This document shows, piece after piece, positions 17,354-27,547 of a stretch of 64,000 nt of DNA. The stretch spans positions 1,729 to 65,728 of the forward strand of contig CAJWPE010000002.1 of the NCBI GenBank assembly GCA_913045625.1, read 5' to 3'. Positions within the stretch are counted from its first letter, which is position 1; each line of letters opens with the position of its first letter. The notes beneath the pieces were generated by a model. That model saw only the letters and a list, made by a program, of their open reading frames with translations, was not told the origin of the DNA and did no database searches. The position numbers and the translations under genes are program-made. The stretch is from an uncultured Chloroflexota bacterium (GTDB taxonomy: Bacteria; Chloroflexota; Dehalococcoidia; Lucifugimonadales; UBA826).

Positions 17354-18244
17354 CTACGGGGCAACAGCTAATTCTGAGAGTAACTTTTTAGTGGATACTA
17401 GATGCTTATTTAATCTCATTTTTTCTGGCGCAATTCCTAGAGCTAATCCAACTAATTGTGGCAGATGAATGATTGGAAGGTCTATGTCTCGTTTTGCTAT
17501 AGCGGCAGCATTAGGTTGGTATCCATCTAAATTGAGATGACAAAGAGGGCAGGGCGTAACCATAGCATCTGCTCCACGGTCTTTTGCAGCAATAGTATGA
17601 TTTGCAACCATAGTTTGAGAATTTTTAGGATTAATAGTTAGGATTGGAAATCCGCAGCAAAGAGTACTACCAGGGAAATCTACTACCTCGGCTCCAACAG
17701 CTTCAATTACTTGTTCTAAGGCTTGTTTTCTTTCAGGGTTTTCGTCTAATTTTAAAGCTTTTGAAGGCCTTACAATATAGCAACCATAAAATGGAGCAAA
17801 TCTAAACCCTTCTAGCTTACGAACAATTTTAGATTCTAAAAACTCAATTCCTAGATCCTCAGCAATGATCCATAATAAATGCTTTGGATCAACTGTTCCT
17901 TTATATTCCAACCCCTCGTCAGCTAATGTTTCATTTACTTGGGCTAAGTATTCTGGATCTTCAGTTAATCTTTGGTTAGCTTGAGACATGACACCCTGAC
18001 AGGTGCTGCAAATTGTCATTAACGGCAGTCCTGATTTTTCAGCCAAAGCAAATGTCCTAGCATTTAGTGTGTCTGCGAGTAACAGGTTTTTTTCTTGTAA
18101 AACTCCTGCACCAGTACATGCTGCACCTTCTAATGCTTGTTCATCTAGTTCAATCCCTAAAATTTCACAAACCTCTAGAGTGGCACTGTATAGTTCTGGG
18201 CAGGCTCCTCTTGCGACACATCCGGGGTAAAAAGCATATTTCAT
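17354..18244 (-). CDS. CCG-domain (HdrB-like) subunit of a non-classical succinate dehydrogenase/fumarate reductase
   Basis: Two Cys-rich CCG-type domains (..ACTGAG..CSTCQG; ..LCCGFP..CPLCH). Overlaps the sdhB stop by 4 nt. Confidence 0.75.
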   Translation of the reverse strand: MKYAFYPGCVARGACPELYSATLEVCEILGIELDEQALEGAACTGAGVLQEKNLLLADTLNARTFALAEKSGLPLMTICSTCQGVMSQANQRLTEDPEYLAQVNETLADEGLEYKGTVDPKHLLWIIAEDLGIEFLESKIVRKLEGFRFAPFYGCYIVRPSKALKLDENPERKQALEQVIEAVGAEVVDFPGSTLCCGFPILTINPKNSQTMVANHTIAAKDRGADAMVTPCPLCHLNLDGYQPNAAAIAKRDIDLPIIHLPQLVGLALGIAPEKMRLNKHLVSTKKLLSELAVAP

Positions 18245-19197
18245 TTTTTAGACTCAACTTTTTCAAAGATTTTTTTGATTTCTTTTGCACTGGATAGTTT
18301 GTGATGGAATATAGGTGGTCGTTTTCCTGTAAGCTGTGATTTGATGCCCAATGGAATTAGTCCTATCATAGCCTTAATATTGAAAATACCAAAGCTCATA
18401 ATAGGTAATTTAAGTTCATCTAACCATCCGCTATTTTTGAGAAATTTTGCAAAAGCATTTGCGTGTCTAGCACCACTTGTATTGTTGTGTCCTGCATCCA
18501 TTACCTTCTCTCTAAGTAGCATTATTCGGTCCATAGGATCGACACCTTTCGGGCAGACTTCAACACATTTCATACATCTAGTACAATCCCAAACCCCTCC
18601 AGGTTTGTTTAATTGTGCAAGCCTTTGTGCGTCAGACTCATCTCTAGGGTCTCTAGAGAATCTATATGCTTTGGCTAAGGCTGCGGGTCCTAAAAAGTTA
18701 TCGTCAACCTCTAATACAGTGCAATCTGATACACATGCTCCGCACAAGATACAAGATACAACTCCAGCTAAGTGAACCATGTCTTCTTCAGGAGCAATAT
18801 ATTCACCTTCAGGCTGAATATCACCGGGTTGAAGCCAAGGTTCTACTGCTTTGAATTTTGCCCAGAAAGGTTGGAAATCTACAATAAGATCCTTGATAAC
18901 AGGCAAATTGCCTGCGGGTTCTATAGTAATTGGAGACCCATCTTGAGGCATAACGTCAATTATTTTTGTGTTACATGCAAGACCTGCTTCTCCATTAATT
19001 CTCATAGCACATGAACCACAAATTGCAGCCCTGCAAGAGCACCTTAGGCTTAAGGTACCATCATCCTCTTCTCTAATTTTTATGAGTCCGTCTAAAACGG
19101 TAGACGATTCTGTTAATTCCACTTGATATTCTTGAAAATGAGACACCAAATCCGTAGATTCTGGATCAAATCGTTGAATTTTTAAAATGACTTCCAT
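18241..19197 (-). CDS. sdhB: Succinate dehydrogenase/fumarate reductase iron-sulfur subunit
   Basis: 2Fe-2S CSCRAAICGSC...C, then CILCGACVSDC, with a third cluster motif CTRCMKCVEVCP. Confidence 0.9.
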   Translation of the reverse strand: MEVILKIQRFDPESTDLVSHFQEYQVELTESSTVLDGLIKIREEDDGTLSLRCSCRAAICGSCAMRINGEAGLACNTKIIDVMPQDGSPITIEPAGNLPVIKDLIVDFQPFWAKFKAVEPWLQPGDIQPEGEYIAPEEDMVHLAGVVSCILCGACVSDCTVLEVDDNFLGPAALAKAYRFSRDPRDESDAQRLAQLNKPGGVWDCTRCMKCVEVCPKGVDPMDRIMLLREKVMDAGHNNTSGARHANAFAKFLKNSGWLDELKLPIMSFGIFNIKAMIGLIPLGIKSQLTGKRPPIFHHKLSSAKEIKKIFEKVESKK

Positions 19198-19216
19198 ATA
19201 TTCCTCAAAATTTATT

Positions 19217-20890
19217 TTAATATTGTCTAATTACAGGTTCCCAATCAGTGATAATTACATCTAAGAATGAAATTTCATGGCTTTCTTCAGCTTTAGTGAC
19301 AAGAATATGTTTTAGCCAGTTCTCATCATCTCTATCTGGCATGTCAGTCCTGGTGTGGGCTCCTCTACTTTCCTGTCTTTGTATAGCGCTCGCCGCGATT
19401 GCTTCAGCGCATTCAGTCATAAATCCTAGTTCTATAGAGAACATTAGATTTGTGTTAAATGTTTTAGTTTTGTCAGCCACATAAATACTTTTAGCCCTTT
19501 CTTTTACATCTTTAACTAGCTCAAGGGCTTTTTCCATACTGATTTGATCTCTATAAACACCTAAGTGATTTTTCATTCCTGTTCCCATATCTAATCTTAC
19601 TTGACCAAATGATTCGTTTTTTTCGTTAGATAACAATTGGTTAATATGATTGATGTCGTCTTGTGCTGCAGAATCATCTATTGATAGATGTTTGACACTT
19701 TTTACCATCTCGGCTGCATGAATTCCTGATCTTCTACCAAAAACTAGTGTGTCTAGTAGGGAATTAGCACCTAAACGGTTACCTCCATGAACACTGATAC
19801 AGGCAACTTCTCCAGCCGCGTATAGTCCAGGGACTGCTGTTTTGCCATCAATATCTGCTTTAACTCCTCCCATCGCATAATGCATACCTGGCATCACTGG
19901 TACTGGTTCTTTAACCATGTCTACGTTAGCAAAATCTATGCCTAACTCTCGAATTTGCGACAGTCTTTCATTGATGTATTTTTCTCCAAGGTGTCTGACG
20001 TCGAGTAATACACAACCATCTATCCCTCGTCCTTCATCTATTTCTGTTTGTTCACATCTAGATACTACATCTCTTGAAGCTAGCTCTTTAAATTCGGGAG
20101 CGTATTTCAACATGAATCTTTCATTTTCTGAATTTAATAAGTAGGCACCTTCTCCTCTGGCTGCTTCACTGAGTAATACTCCGCTTCCTTTGAGTGTTGT
20201 TGGGTGGTACTGAACCATTTCCATATCCATTAATTCTGCACCAGCCCTGTATGCAAGGCTCATTCCATCACCCGTACAAATTAGAGCGTTTGTACTAGGT
20301 TCAAAGACTCTACCTAATCCACCAGTAGCTAAAATAACTGCTTTTGCTCGGACAACTTCGATTTTCCCTGTTTTTATGTCCATCATCACAACCCCACCAC
20401 ATTTTCCATCTCTAACTATTAGTGAAAGGACAAACCATTCTTCGTATACAAAAGCTCCTGCTTTTACTATTTGCTCGTAAAGTACATGCAATAAAGCTTG
20501 GCCGGTAAAGTCTGCTACGAAAAATGTTCGAGCTTCTCGTTGGCCTCCAAAATTTCTTGTACCTAAATTACCATTTTCATCTCTGTTGAAAATTGCACCC
20601 ATGTTTTCCATGGAAATTACTTCATCTCCAGCTTCACGACACATTACTTCAATTGCATCTTGATCACCAAGAAAATCACTTCCTTTGATGGTGTCGTAAG
20701 CATGATCTCTCCAATCATCTCCTCTGTCAGTTAAGGCTGCATTGATGCCGCCTTGGGCTGCGTTAGAGTGACTTCGTACTGGATGGACTTTAGTTACAAC
20801 AGCCACATCTACGCCCTGTTCTTTAGCACATAATGCGGCACGCAATCCTGCTAGGCCAGCACCGATAATTAAAACGTCATGATCGATCAT
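19217..20890 (-). CDS. sdhA: Succinate dehydrogenase/fumarate reductase flavoprotein subunit
   Basis: [11 protein letters not shown] fold, covalent-FAD His context ([10 protein letters not shown]), and active-site HPT and RGAH segments. Confidence 0.95.
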   Translation of the reverse strand: MIDHDVLIIGAGLAGLRAALCAKEQGVDVAVVTKVHPVRSHSNAAQGGINAALTDRGDDWRDHAYDTIKGSDFLGDQDAIEVMCREAGDEVISMENMGAIFNRDENGNLGTRNFGGQREARTFFVADFTGQALLHVLYEQIVKAGAFVYEEWFVLSLIVRDGKCGGVVMMDIKTGKIEVVRAKAVILATGGLGRVFEPSTNALICTGDGMSLAYRAGAELMDMEMVQYHPTTLKGSGVLLSEAARGEGAYLLNSENERFMLKYAPEFKELASRDVVSRCEQTEIDEGRGIDGCVLLDVRHLGEKYINERLSQIRELGIDFANVDMVKEPVPVMPGMHYAMGGVKADIDGKTAVPGLYAAGEVACISVHGGNRLGANSLLDTLVFGRRSGIHAAEMVKSVKHLSIDDSAAQDDINHINQLLSNEKNESFGQVRLDMGTGMKNHLGVYRDQISMEKALELVKDVKERAKSIYVADKTKTFNTNLMFSIELGFMTECAEAIAASAIQRQESRGAHTRTDMPDRDDENWLKHILVTKAEESHEISFLDVIITDWEPVIRQY

Positions 20891-20980
20891 ATAGCTTAAT
20901 ACCTCTCAATTTATATTTATTATAATACATATTGTTGTGTAGCGAAGTTTAAAAATGAGTCGTAATAGAGATATTTTTGA

Positions 20981-21010
20981 TTGACCAAAATACATCTATA
21001 ATGCTAATAT
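20981..21010 (+). promoter_or_regulatory. Candidate promoter of the ilv-leu leader (TTGACC-N18-TAATAT with TGc extended -10)
   Basis: Hexamers read in sequence, about 25 nt upstream of the first T-box Stem I residues. Confidence 0.45.
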
Positions 21011-21032
21011 TTCACTCTTAAAACTGAATATT

Positions 21033-21280
21033 TGCTTTGATCGGGAGTAGTAACTAAATTAAAATGTTGTAGAGAATAGGAGCAAGGCTGAAACTCCTTA
21101 CATTTTAAATAGTGAACTCGCCCGTGAGCTTCTAGTTTGAACTTTATTTATTAGAACTAGACGTTAGCTTCGTAAAAGCTTAATGAAGTGGTCATTTATG
21201 GCAATTTGGGTGGTACCGCGGGAAACTGTACCAATTATTAATCCCGTCCCATATGTATTTTGGGCGGGATTATTTTTTGG
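21033..21280 (+). promoter_or_regulatory. T-box riboswitch leader, leucine (CUC) specifier
   Basis: - Stem I with AGUA/GA elements, AGAGA bulge (21070-21075) and distal loop GGAG-CAAGGCUGAAA-CUCC.
- Specifier loop AGUGAA-CUC-G (CUC at 21117-21119).
- T-box motif AAUUUGGGUGGUACCGCGGGA (21203-21223).
- Terminator/antiterminator alternative. Confidence 0.9.
21240..21279 (+). terminator. Intrinsic terminator of the T-box leader
   Basis: AATCCCGTCCCA / TGGGCGGGATT stem followed by ATTTTTT. Its 5-prime arm can pair alternatively with GCGGGA of the T-box sequence. Confidence 0.85.
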
Positions 21281-21315
21281 GTTAAAAAATATAAATAATT
21301 ATTAGGGGAAAATCG

Positions 21316-23010
21316 ATGATCAAAAAAGGGTCACAGATAGTCTGCGAAAGTTTGTTAAGAGAGGGATGTGATGTTGTTTTTGGAATCCCGGGTGGAGCAA
21401 TCTTGCCTTTGTATCAAACTTTACCTGAATATCCAGATTTAAGGCATATTTTAGTTAGGCATGAACAAGGAGCTTCTTTAGCTGCTGATGCATATGCGCG
21501 TATTACAGGAAAGCCTGGAGTAGCATTTGCGACATCGGGGCCGGGTGCTACTAATTTAGTTACAGGAATAGCTTCGGCTCAAATGGATTCAGTTCCTTTG
21601 GTAATAGTAACGGGTCAAGTCAACAGTTGGACATTAGGAACTGATGCCTTTCAAGAAACAGATATTACTGGAATCACATTACCTATAACTAAGCACAATT
21701 TTTTAGTGATGGATGCTAGGGATATAGCAGATACTATCAAAGAAGCTTTTTATATTGCTAATTCTGGACGTCCCGGTCCTGTGCTTGTGGATATTCCTAG
21801 GGACGCTTTCAATCAGGAAGTAGATTATTCTGAAGAACCATCTATCGATCTACCAGGATATTCTCCCAGTACAAAAGGAAATAATCGTCAAATAAAAAGA
21901 GCTGCAAAATTAATATCAAAGGCAGAAAAACCAGTGATAATAGCTGGTCATGGGATAATAATTTCTAAAGCATACGATGAATTGAGACACTTGGCTGAAA
22001 AATGCCAAATTCCCGTAATCACTACTCTTCTAGGCATTAGCTGTTTTCCTGAAGATCATGTTCTATGGACAGGGTGGCCAGGGATGCATGGAATGGCATA
22101 TTCTAGCTTAGCCTTGGATGAAGCTGATTTAATCATTGCTTTAGGAATGAGGTTTGACGATAGAATTACAGGTAATCCTCAAAAATTTGCTGTGAATTCT
22201 AGGAAAATTCATGTTGATATTGATCCTTCAGAAATCGGAAAAAACATATCTGTTGATGTTCCTATAGTGGGAGATGTCAAAGAAATATTATTGGAATTAA
22301 ATCCTATTGTTGAAGAAGCTGTTCATCCTGAATGGTTAAAGAGAATTGATCAACTTAAAACAGAACACCCTTCCTTGAAAATTCCTCAAACTGAAAAATT
22401 ATTAGCACGCCAAGTAATAAAAGATATTTCAGAAATTACAGATGGGCAGGCGACCTTAGTAACTGGAGTAGGCCAACATCAAATGTGGGCTGCACAACAT
22501 TATAGATTCAAAAAACTATGTTCTTTTTTGACTTCAGGAGGATCAGGAACTATGGGGTATGAAGTTCCCGCAGCTATGGGGGCTCAAGTTGCAGATCCTG
22601 ATGCGACAGTTTGGTCTATTTGTGGAGATGGTGGCTTTCAAATGACTATGTCTGAATTAGCTACAATTGTTGAAAACAGACTCCCTGTTAAATTTGCTAT
22701 TTTGAATAATGGATTTTTAGGTATGGTTCGTCAATGGCAAGAAATATTTTTTGAGAGTTCTTATGTATCTACAGGGTATTCGGGTAATCCGGATTTTGTG
22801 AAATTAGCAGAAGCTTATGGGATTAAAGGGATTCGAGTGACTGATAAAACTCAAGTAAAACCTGCTATTACTGAAGCTATGGATCACGATGGACCAGTTT
22901 TAATAGATTTTATTGTTGAACAAGAAGACAATGTTTACCCTATGATTCCTTCAGGAATGACAGTTAATGAAATTATTGAAGAAAATCATGATCAAAAGGT
23001 GATCTCATAA
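21316..23010 (+). CDS. ilvB: Acetolactate synthase large subunit
   Basis: ThDP enzyme motifs (GGSGTMGYEVPAAMGA, GDGGFQM..NN). Confidence 0.95.
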   Translation: MIKKGSQIVCESLLREGCDVVFGIPGGAILPLYQTLPEYPDLRHILVRHEQGASLAADAYARITGKPGVAFATSGPGATNLVTGIASAQMDSVPLVIVTGQVNSWTLGTDAFQETDITGITLPITKHNFLVMDARDIADTIKEAFYIANSGRPGPVLVDIPRDAFNQEVDYSEEPSIDLPGYSPSTKGNNRQIKRAAKLISKAEKPVIIAGHGIIISKAYDELRHLAEKCQIPVITTLLGISCFPEDHVLWTGWPGMHGMAYSSLALDEADLIIALGMRFDDRITGNPQKFAVNSRKIHVDIDPSEIGKNISVDVPIVGDVKEILLELNPIVEEAVHPEWLKRIDQLKTEHPSLKIPQTEKLLARQVIKDISEITDGQATLVTGVGQHQMWAAQHYRFKKLCSFLTSGGSGTMGYEVPAAMGAQVADPDATVWSICGDGGFQMTMSELATIVENRLPVKFAILNNGFLGMVRQWQEIFFESSYVSTGYSGNPDFVKLAEAYGIKGIRVTDKTQVKPAITEAMDHDGPVLIDFIVEQEDNVYPMIPSGMTVNEIIEENHDQKVIS

Positions 23011-23531
23011 TGAGTTCTTTTTCTGAAAAACACACAATAACAGCTCTAGTTGAAGATCGTCCTGGAGTATTGAATCGGATTTCAAGCATGTTTCGCAGGA
23101 GAGGTTATAACATTTCTAGTTTAGCTGTGGGGCAAAGTGAAACATCAGGTTTGTCTAGAATGACTTTTGTAGTTCAAGGTGATGCTAAAACTGTTGAAAT
23201 GGTAGCGAAGAATTTAAACAAATTGGTAGAAGTGATTAAAGTATTAGATATTTCAGATGAAAATGCTGTTTCAAGAGAATTAGCATTAATTAGAGTCAAT
23301 TCCGACGTTTCAAATCGTGGTGAAATTATGCAGATAGTAGATATTTTTAGAGCAAAAATTGTTGATGTTTCTAAAGATACCTTAATGGTAGAAGTGACTG
23401 GAGATGAAGACAAAGTAGATTCTTTAGTTGATTTATTAGCTACATTTGGTGTTCATGAAGTAATGAGAACTGGAACTGTTGCTATGAGTCGAGGAGTTTC
23501 TTTTGAGTCACTTAGCGGGTCAGAAAATTAA
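23010..23531 (+). CDS. ilvN: Acetolactate synthase small (regulatory) subunit
   Basis: ACT domain (HTITALVEDRPGVLNRISSMFRRRGYNISSL). Start overlaps the ilvB stop (TAATG). Confidence 0.95.
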   Translation: MSSFSEKHTITALVEDRPGVLNRISSMFRRRGYNISSLAVGQSETSGLSRMTFVVQGDAKTVEMVAKNLNKLVEVIKVLDISDENAVSRELALIRVNSDVSNRGEIMQIVDIFRAKIVDVSKDTLMVEVTGDEDKVDSLVDLLATFGVHEVMRTGTVAMSRGVSFESLSGSEN

Positions 23532-23556
23532 TTGATTAAATTTAAGGAGTAAAATT

Positions 23557-24555
23557 ATGGCAGAAATGTACTACGAAACAGATGCTGATTTAAGTATTTT
23601 AGATAATAAAATAATCGGAATTATTGGATATGGAAGTCAGGGCCATGCACACGCTTTGAATTTGAGAGACTCAGGTTTAAATGTGATGGTTGGCTTGTAT
23701 GATGGAAGTAAAAGTTGGGAAAAGGCTGAAAGCGATGGATTAACAGTAGCTACCGTGTCAGAAGTAGCTGAAAAATCTGATGTGATTATGATGTTACTTC
23801 CTGATCACTTACAAGCAAGTGTTTATAAAGAATCTATCCAACAGCATATGCTGCCTGGAAAAACTCTGATGTTTGCTCACGGCTTTAATATTCACTATGA
23901 AGCAATAGTAGCTCCTAGTGGAGTAGATGTTTCTATGGTAGCTCCTAAGGCTCCTGGACATCGAATGAGAGTAGTTTATACCAAAAATTCAGGAGTTCCT
24001 GGGTTGTTAGCAGTTCACCAAGATGCTTCTGGGGAAGCTCATAAAATTGGGTTAGCTTACGCAAGAGGTGTTGGTTGTACTAGAGCAGGAGTGTTGGATA
24101 CTACATTTAAAGAAGAAACTGAAACTGATTTATTTGGAGAGCAAGTAGTCTTATGTGGTGGAGTTGCTTCGTTAGTAAAAGCAGCATTTGAAACTCTTGT
24201 AGAGGCTGGATACCAACCTGAGTCTGCGTATTTTGAATGTATGCATGAATTGAAATTGATTGTTGATTTGTTCTATGAAGGTGGTATGGAATACATGAGA
24301 TATTCTATTAGTGACACTGCAGAATATGGAGACTACACAAGAGGTCCTCAAGTAGTTGATGAAAATGTAAAAGAAAATATGAAAAATGTTTTGGCTCAGA
24401 TTCAAGATGGAACCTTTGCCAGAGAATGGATTGCTGAAAATGATGAAGGACGTCATACATTTAACAAATTGAGGGCAGAAAATGCAGATCATCCAATTGA
24501 AAAAGTTGGTAAAGAACTTAGAGGAATGATGACTTTTCTTGCTGATACCGACTAA
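23557..24555 (+). CDS. ilvC: Ketol-acid reductoisomerase (class I)
   Basis: [22 protein letters not shown] loop. Length 332 aa. Confidence 0.95.
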   Translation: MAEMYYETDADLSILDNKIIGIIGYGSQGHAHALNLRDSGLNVMVGLYDGSKSWEKAESDGLTVATVSEVAEKSDVIMMLLPDHLQASVYKESIQQHMLPGKTLMFAHGFNIHYEAIVAPSGVDVSMVAPKAPGHRMRVVYTKNSGVPGLLAVHQDASGEAHKIGLAYARGVGCTRAGVLDTTFKEETETDLFGEQVVLCGGVASLVKAAFETLVEAGYQPESAYFECMHELKLIVDLFYEGGMEYMRYSISDTAEYGDYTRGPQVVDENVKENMKNVLAQIQDGTFAREWIAENDEGRHTFNKLRAENADHPIEKVGKELRGMMTFLADTD

Positions 24556-24567
24556 TAATGGGAGATT

Positions 24568-26106
24568 ATGATGGGTAAAGACAAAGTAATAATTTTTGAT
24601 ACTACTTTAAGAGATGGGGAGCAATCTGCAGGTATTGGTTTGACTACTGCAGAAAAACTAGAAATTGCTAAGCAATTAGAAAAACTAGGGGTTGATGTGA
24701 TTGAGGCTGGATTTGCTGCTAGTTCACCTGGTGACTTAGAGGCTGTAAAAACTATTGCCTCGGAAGTACGTAAACCCGTCATTGCTTCTTTAGCTAGATG
24801 TTATTTGGATGATGTTGATAAAGCATGGGAAGGTGTTAAAGATGCTCAGCATCCCCGAATTCATGTGTTTATATCTAGTTCAGATATACAAATAATGAAT
24901 CAACTTAGAAAAAATCCTGAAGAAGTTTTAGATATTGCTGTAGCATCAGTTGAAAGAGCAAAATCTTATTGTGAAGATGTAGAATTTTCTCCGATGGATG
25001 CCACTAGAACTGATCCTCAATATCTTTATCAGTTATTGGAAGCTGTGATTGACGCTGGAGCCACTACTGTAAATATTGCAGATACAGTCGGATACACAAT
25101 TCCTTCAGAATTTGCTCAAAGAATTGAAGATATTAAATCAAATGTTCCAAACATTTCAAAAGCTGTGTTAAGTGTTCACTGCCATAATGACTTAGGTCTT
25201 TCTGTTGCCAATAGTTTGTCAGCCATAAGAGCTGGCGTACGACAAGTAGAAGGCTGTATAAATGGTTTGGGTGAAAGAGCAGGAAATGCTTCTTTGGAAG
25301 AAATAATAATGGCTATTGATACAAGAGAAGATTTATTTAATGTGTCCACAGGTATCGATACCACCCAGATTTATAGAACTAGTAGATTGGTAAGTGATAT
25401 CACCGGATTCCCAGTTCAACCAAATAAAGCTATTGTTGGTGCGAATGCTTTTCGCCACGCTTCTGGTATTCATCAGGATGGAGTAATTAAAGATAGAAGT
25501 ACTTTTGAATTGATTGACCCTCAAAGAGTTGGATGGCCAAGTAATTCACTAGTTTTAGGAAAATTAAGTGGTCGAGCAGGCTTACGTTCTAGACTAGAAG
25601 AATTAGGGTTTCATTTAGATCAACAAGAGCTTAGTGAAGTTTTTGAAGATTTTAAACTTTTGGCAGATAGAAAAAGAGAAATTACCGATCAAGATTTAGA
25701 AGCTTTGATGTCTAATTCAAGAAGAATTTCGGATGTGCCAAACTTGTATCAATTACAACATGTACAAGTTTCTACAGGTGACCAAGGAATTCCTACTGCA
25801 ACTGTTAAATTAATTGATAGAGATGGAACTGAATTTACTGATGCAGCTACAGGAACTGGCCCAGTAGATGCTGTGTATCAGGCAATTAATAGAGTTATAG
25901 CGGTTGATAACGTTTTAACAGAGTTTAGAGTTGATTCTGTCACTGAAGGTATCGACGCTATTGGAGATGTCACAATTAGAATTGAAAAAGATGGAAATAT
26001 TTTTGTAGGTAGAGGAAGCGATACCGATATTATTGTTGCAAGTGCAAAAGCGTATATGAACGCATTGAACAGAGCTGTAAGCGCAGATGAAAAATTTCAG
26101 AGTTAA
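24568..26106 (+). CDS. leuA: 2-isopropylmalate synthase
   Basis: IFDTTLRDGEQ, HCHNDLGL, and a C-terminal LeuA dimerisation/regulatory domain. Confidence 0.95.
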   Translation: MMGKDKVIIFDTTLRDGEQSAGIGLTTAEKLEIAKQLEKLGVDVIEAGFAASSPGDLEAVKTIASEVRKPVIASLARCYLDDVDKAWEGVKDAQHPRIHVFISSSDIQIMNQLRKNPEEVLDIAVASVERAKSYCEDVEFSPMDATRTDPQYLYQLLEAVIDAGATTVNIADTVGYTIPSEFAQRIEDIKSNVPNISKAVLSVHCHNDLGLSVANSLSAIRAGVRQVEGCINGLGERAGNASLEEIIMAIDTREDLFNVSTGIDTTQIYRTSRLVSDITGFPVQPNKAIVGANAFRHASGIHQDGVIKDRSTFELIDPQRVGWPSNSLVLGKLSGRAGLRSRLEELGFHLDQQELSEVFEDFKLLADRKREITDQDLEALMSNSRRISDVPNLYQLQHVQVSTGDQGIPTATVKLIDRDGTEFTDAATGTGPVDAVYQAINRVIAVDNVLTEFRVDSVTEGIDAIGDVTIRIEKDGNIFVGRGSDTDIIVASAKAYMNALNRAVSADEKFQS

Positions 26107-26121
26107 ATTAGGAGTATTTAA

Positions 26122-27525
26122 TTGATGGCACCTCGAACATTGTTTGATAAAATTTGGGATTCACATGTCATTAAAGAAGAACAAGGTAAGCCATCGCTCT
26201 TGTATGTCGACTTACATTTAGTACATGAAGTTACTTCTCCTCAGGCATTTGACGGCTTAAGGATGTCAGGGCGTAATGTGCGAAGACCCGATTTGACTGT
26301 TGCTGTAGCAGATCACAATACTCCTACTTGGGATTTGTCATTGCCGATTACTGACCCTATTGCGCAACAACAACTAGACACTTTAGGAAATAATTGTGAT
26401 GAATTTGGATTAACTCTTTACGATAGATTTAGTCCCATGCAAGGCATAGTTCACGTGATAGGTCCTGAACAAGGTCATACTCAGCCAGGGAAAATAATTG
26501 TTTGTGGCGATAGTCACACATCTACTCATGGAGCCTTTGGAGCTTTTGCTATGGGTATTGGAACATCAGAAGTAGAGCATGTTTTAGCTACTCAAACATT
26601 GAGGCAATTTAAACCAAAAACGATGGAAATTAGAGTAGAGGGTTCAGTTGCTGATGGAGTGACTGCAAAAGATATTATTTTAGCCATAATTGGCAAAATT
26701 GGTACAGCTGGGGCTACGGGTTTTGCTGTTGAGTATACAGGCGAGGCTATTCGAGCACTTTCTATGGAAGGACGTATGACTGTTTGCAATATGAGTATAG
26801 AAGCTGGTGCCCGTGCAGGCATGGTTGCTCCAGATCAAAAAACTTTTGAATATATGAAAGGAAGAGAATTCGTTCCTAAAAATGCTGACTTTGATATGGC
26901 AGTAGAAAAATGGAGTCAATTAGCGTCTGATAAGGATGCAGAATATGACAAAGTTTTAGTGATGCAAGGAAACGAAATTGAACCTCATGTTACTTGGGGA
27001 ACAAACCCTGGGATGGTTTTACCCATTAATTCAGAAATACCTAATCCTTTAGATTACGATGATCTTGGCGAAAAAGAAGCAGTAGAGAGAGCTTTGGAAT
27101 ATATGGATTTAGAACCGGGTACTAAGTTTGAAGATATTTCTTTAGATAGAGTATTTATAGGTTCGTGTACTAATTCTAGAATTGAAGATTTACGTGCTGT
27201 AGCAAAGATTGCAGAAGGTAAAAAAGTTAGTGAAAATGTCTATGCAATGGTAGTTCCAGGATCTGTTGCTGTAAAAAAACAAGCAGAGAATGAAGGAATT
27301 GATAAAATTTTGTCAGATGCTGGCTTTGATTGGAGAGAACCAGGATGTTCAATGTGTTTAGGAATGAATCCGGACATTTTACAACCAGGAGAAAGATGTG
27401 CATCAACTTCAAATAGAAATTTTGAAGGCCGTCAAGGTAAAGGTGGTAGAACACATTTGGTTAGTCCTGAAATGGCCGCTGCTGCTGCTATTGAAGGTCA
27501 TTTTGTAGATATCAGAAATTGGTAA
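26122..27525 (+). CDS. leuC: 3-isopropylmalate dehydratase large subunit
   Basis: Aconitase-family Cys ligands ([16 protein letters not shown]). TTG at 26122 or ATG at 26125 are both possible starts after AGGAG (26110-26114). Confidence 0.95.
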   Translation: MMAPRTLFDKIWDSHVIKEEQGKPSLLYVDLHLVHEVTSPQAFDGLRMSGRNVRRPDLTVAVADHNTPTWDLSLPITDPIAQQQLDTLGNNCDEFGLTLYDRFSPMQGIVHVIGPEQGHTQPGKIIVCGDSHTSTHGAFGAFAMGIGTSEVEHVLATQTLRQFKPKTMEIRVEGSVADGVTAKDIILAIIGKIGTAGATGFAVEYTGEAIRALSMEGRMTVCNMSIEAGARAGMVAPDQKTFEYMKGREFVPKNADFDMAVEKWSQLASDKDAEYDKVLVMQGNEIEPHVTWGTNPGMVLPINSEIPNPLDYDDLGEKEAVERALEYMDLEPGTKFEDISLDRVFIGSCTNSRIEDLRAVAKIAEGKKVSENVYAMVVPGSVAVKKQAENEGIDKILSDAGFDWREPGCSMCLGMNPDILQPGERCASTSNRNFEGRQGKGGRTHLVSPEMAAAAAIEGHFVDIRNW

Positions 27526-27547
27526 ATCACCATAATGTGAGGAAAAA

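Noticed and set aside
18341-18775. 144-aa plus-strand ORF antisense to sdhB. Similar antisense ORFs occur at 1339-1560, 13577-13822, 16213-16470, 19248-19484, 23174-23413, 24172-24492, 26592-26919, 41359-42021 and elsewhere.
   Set aside because: They lie entirely inside well-supported genes on the other strand. Their composition is low-complexity or Ser/Leu/Pro-rich, they lack SD sequences, and I recognise no motifs. They are typical shadow ORFs.
20891-20980. sdhA promoter: TATAAT on the reverse strand at 20924-20919.
   Set aside because: No acceptable -35 lies at 16-18 nt and there is no clean TGn. A TATAAT hexamer alone is expected by chance in this composition, so I did not list it as a feature.
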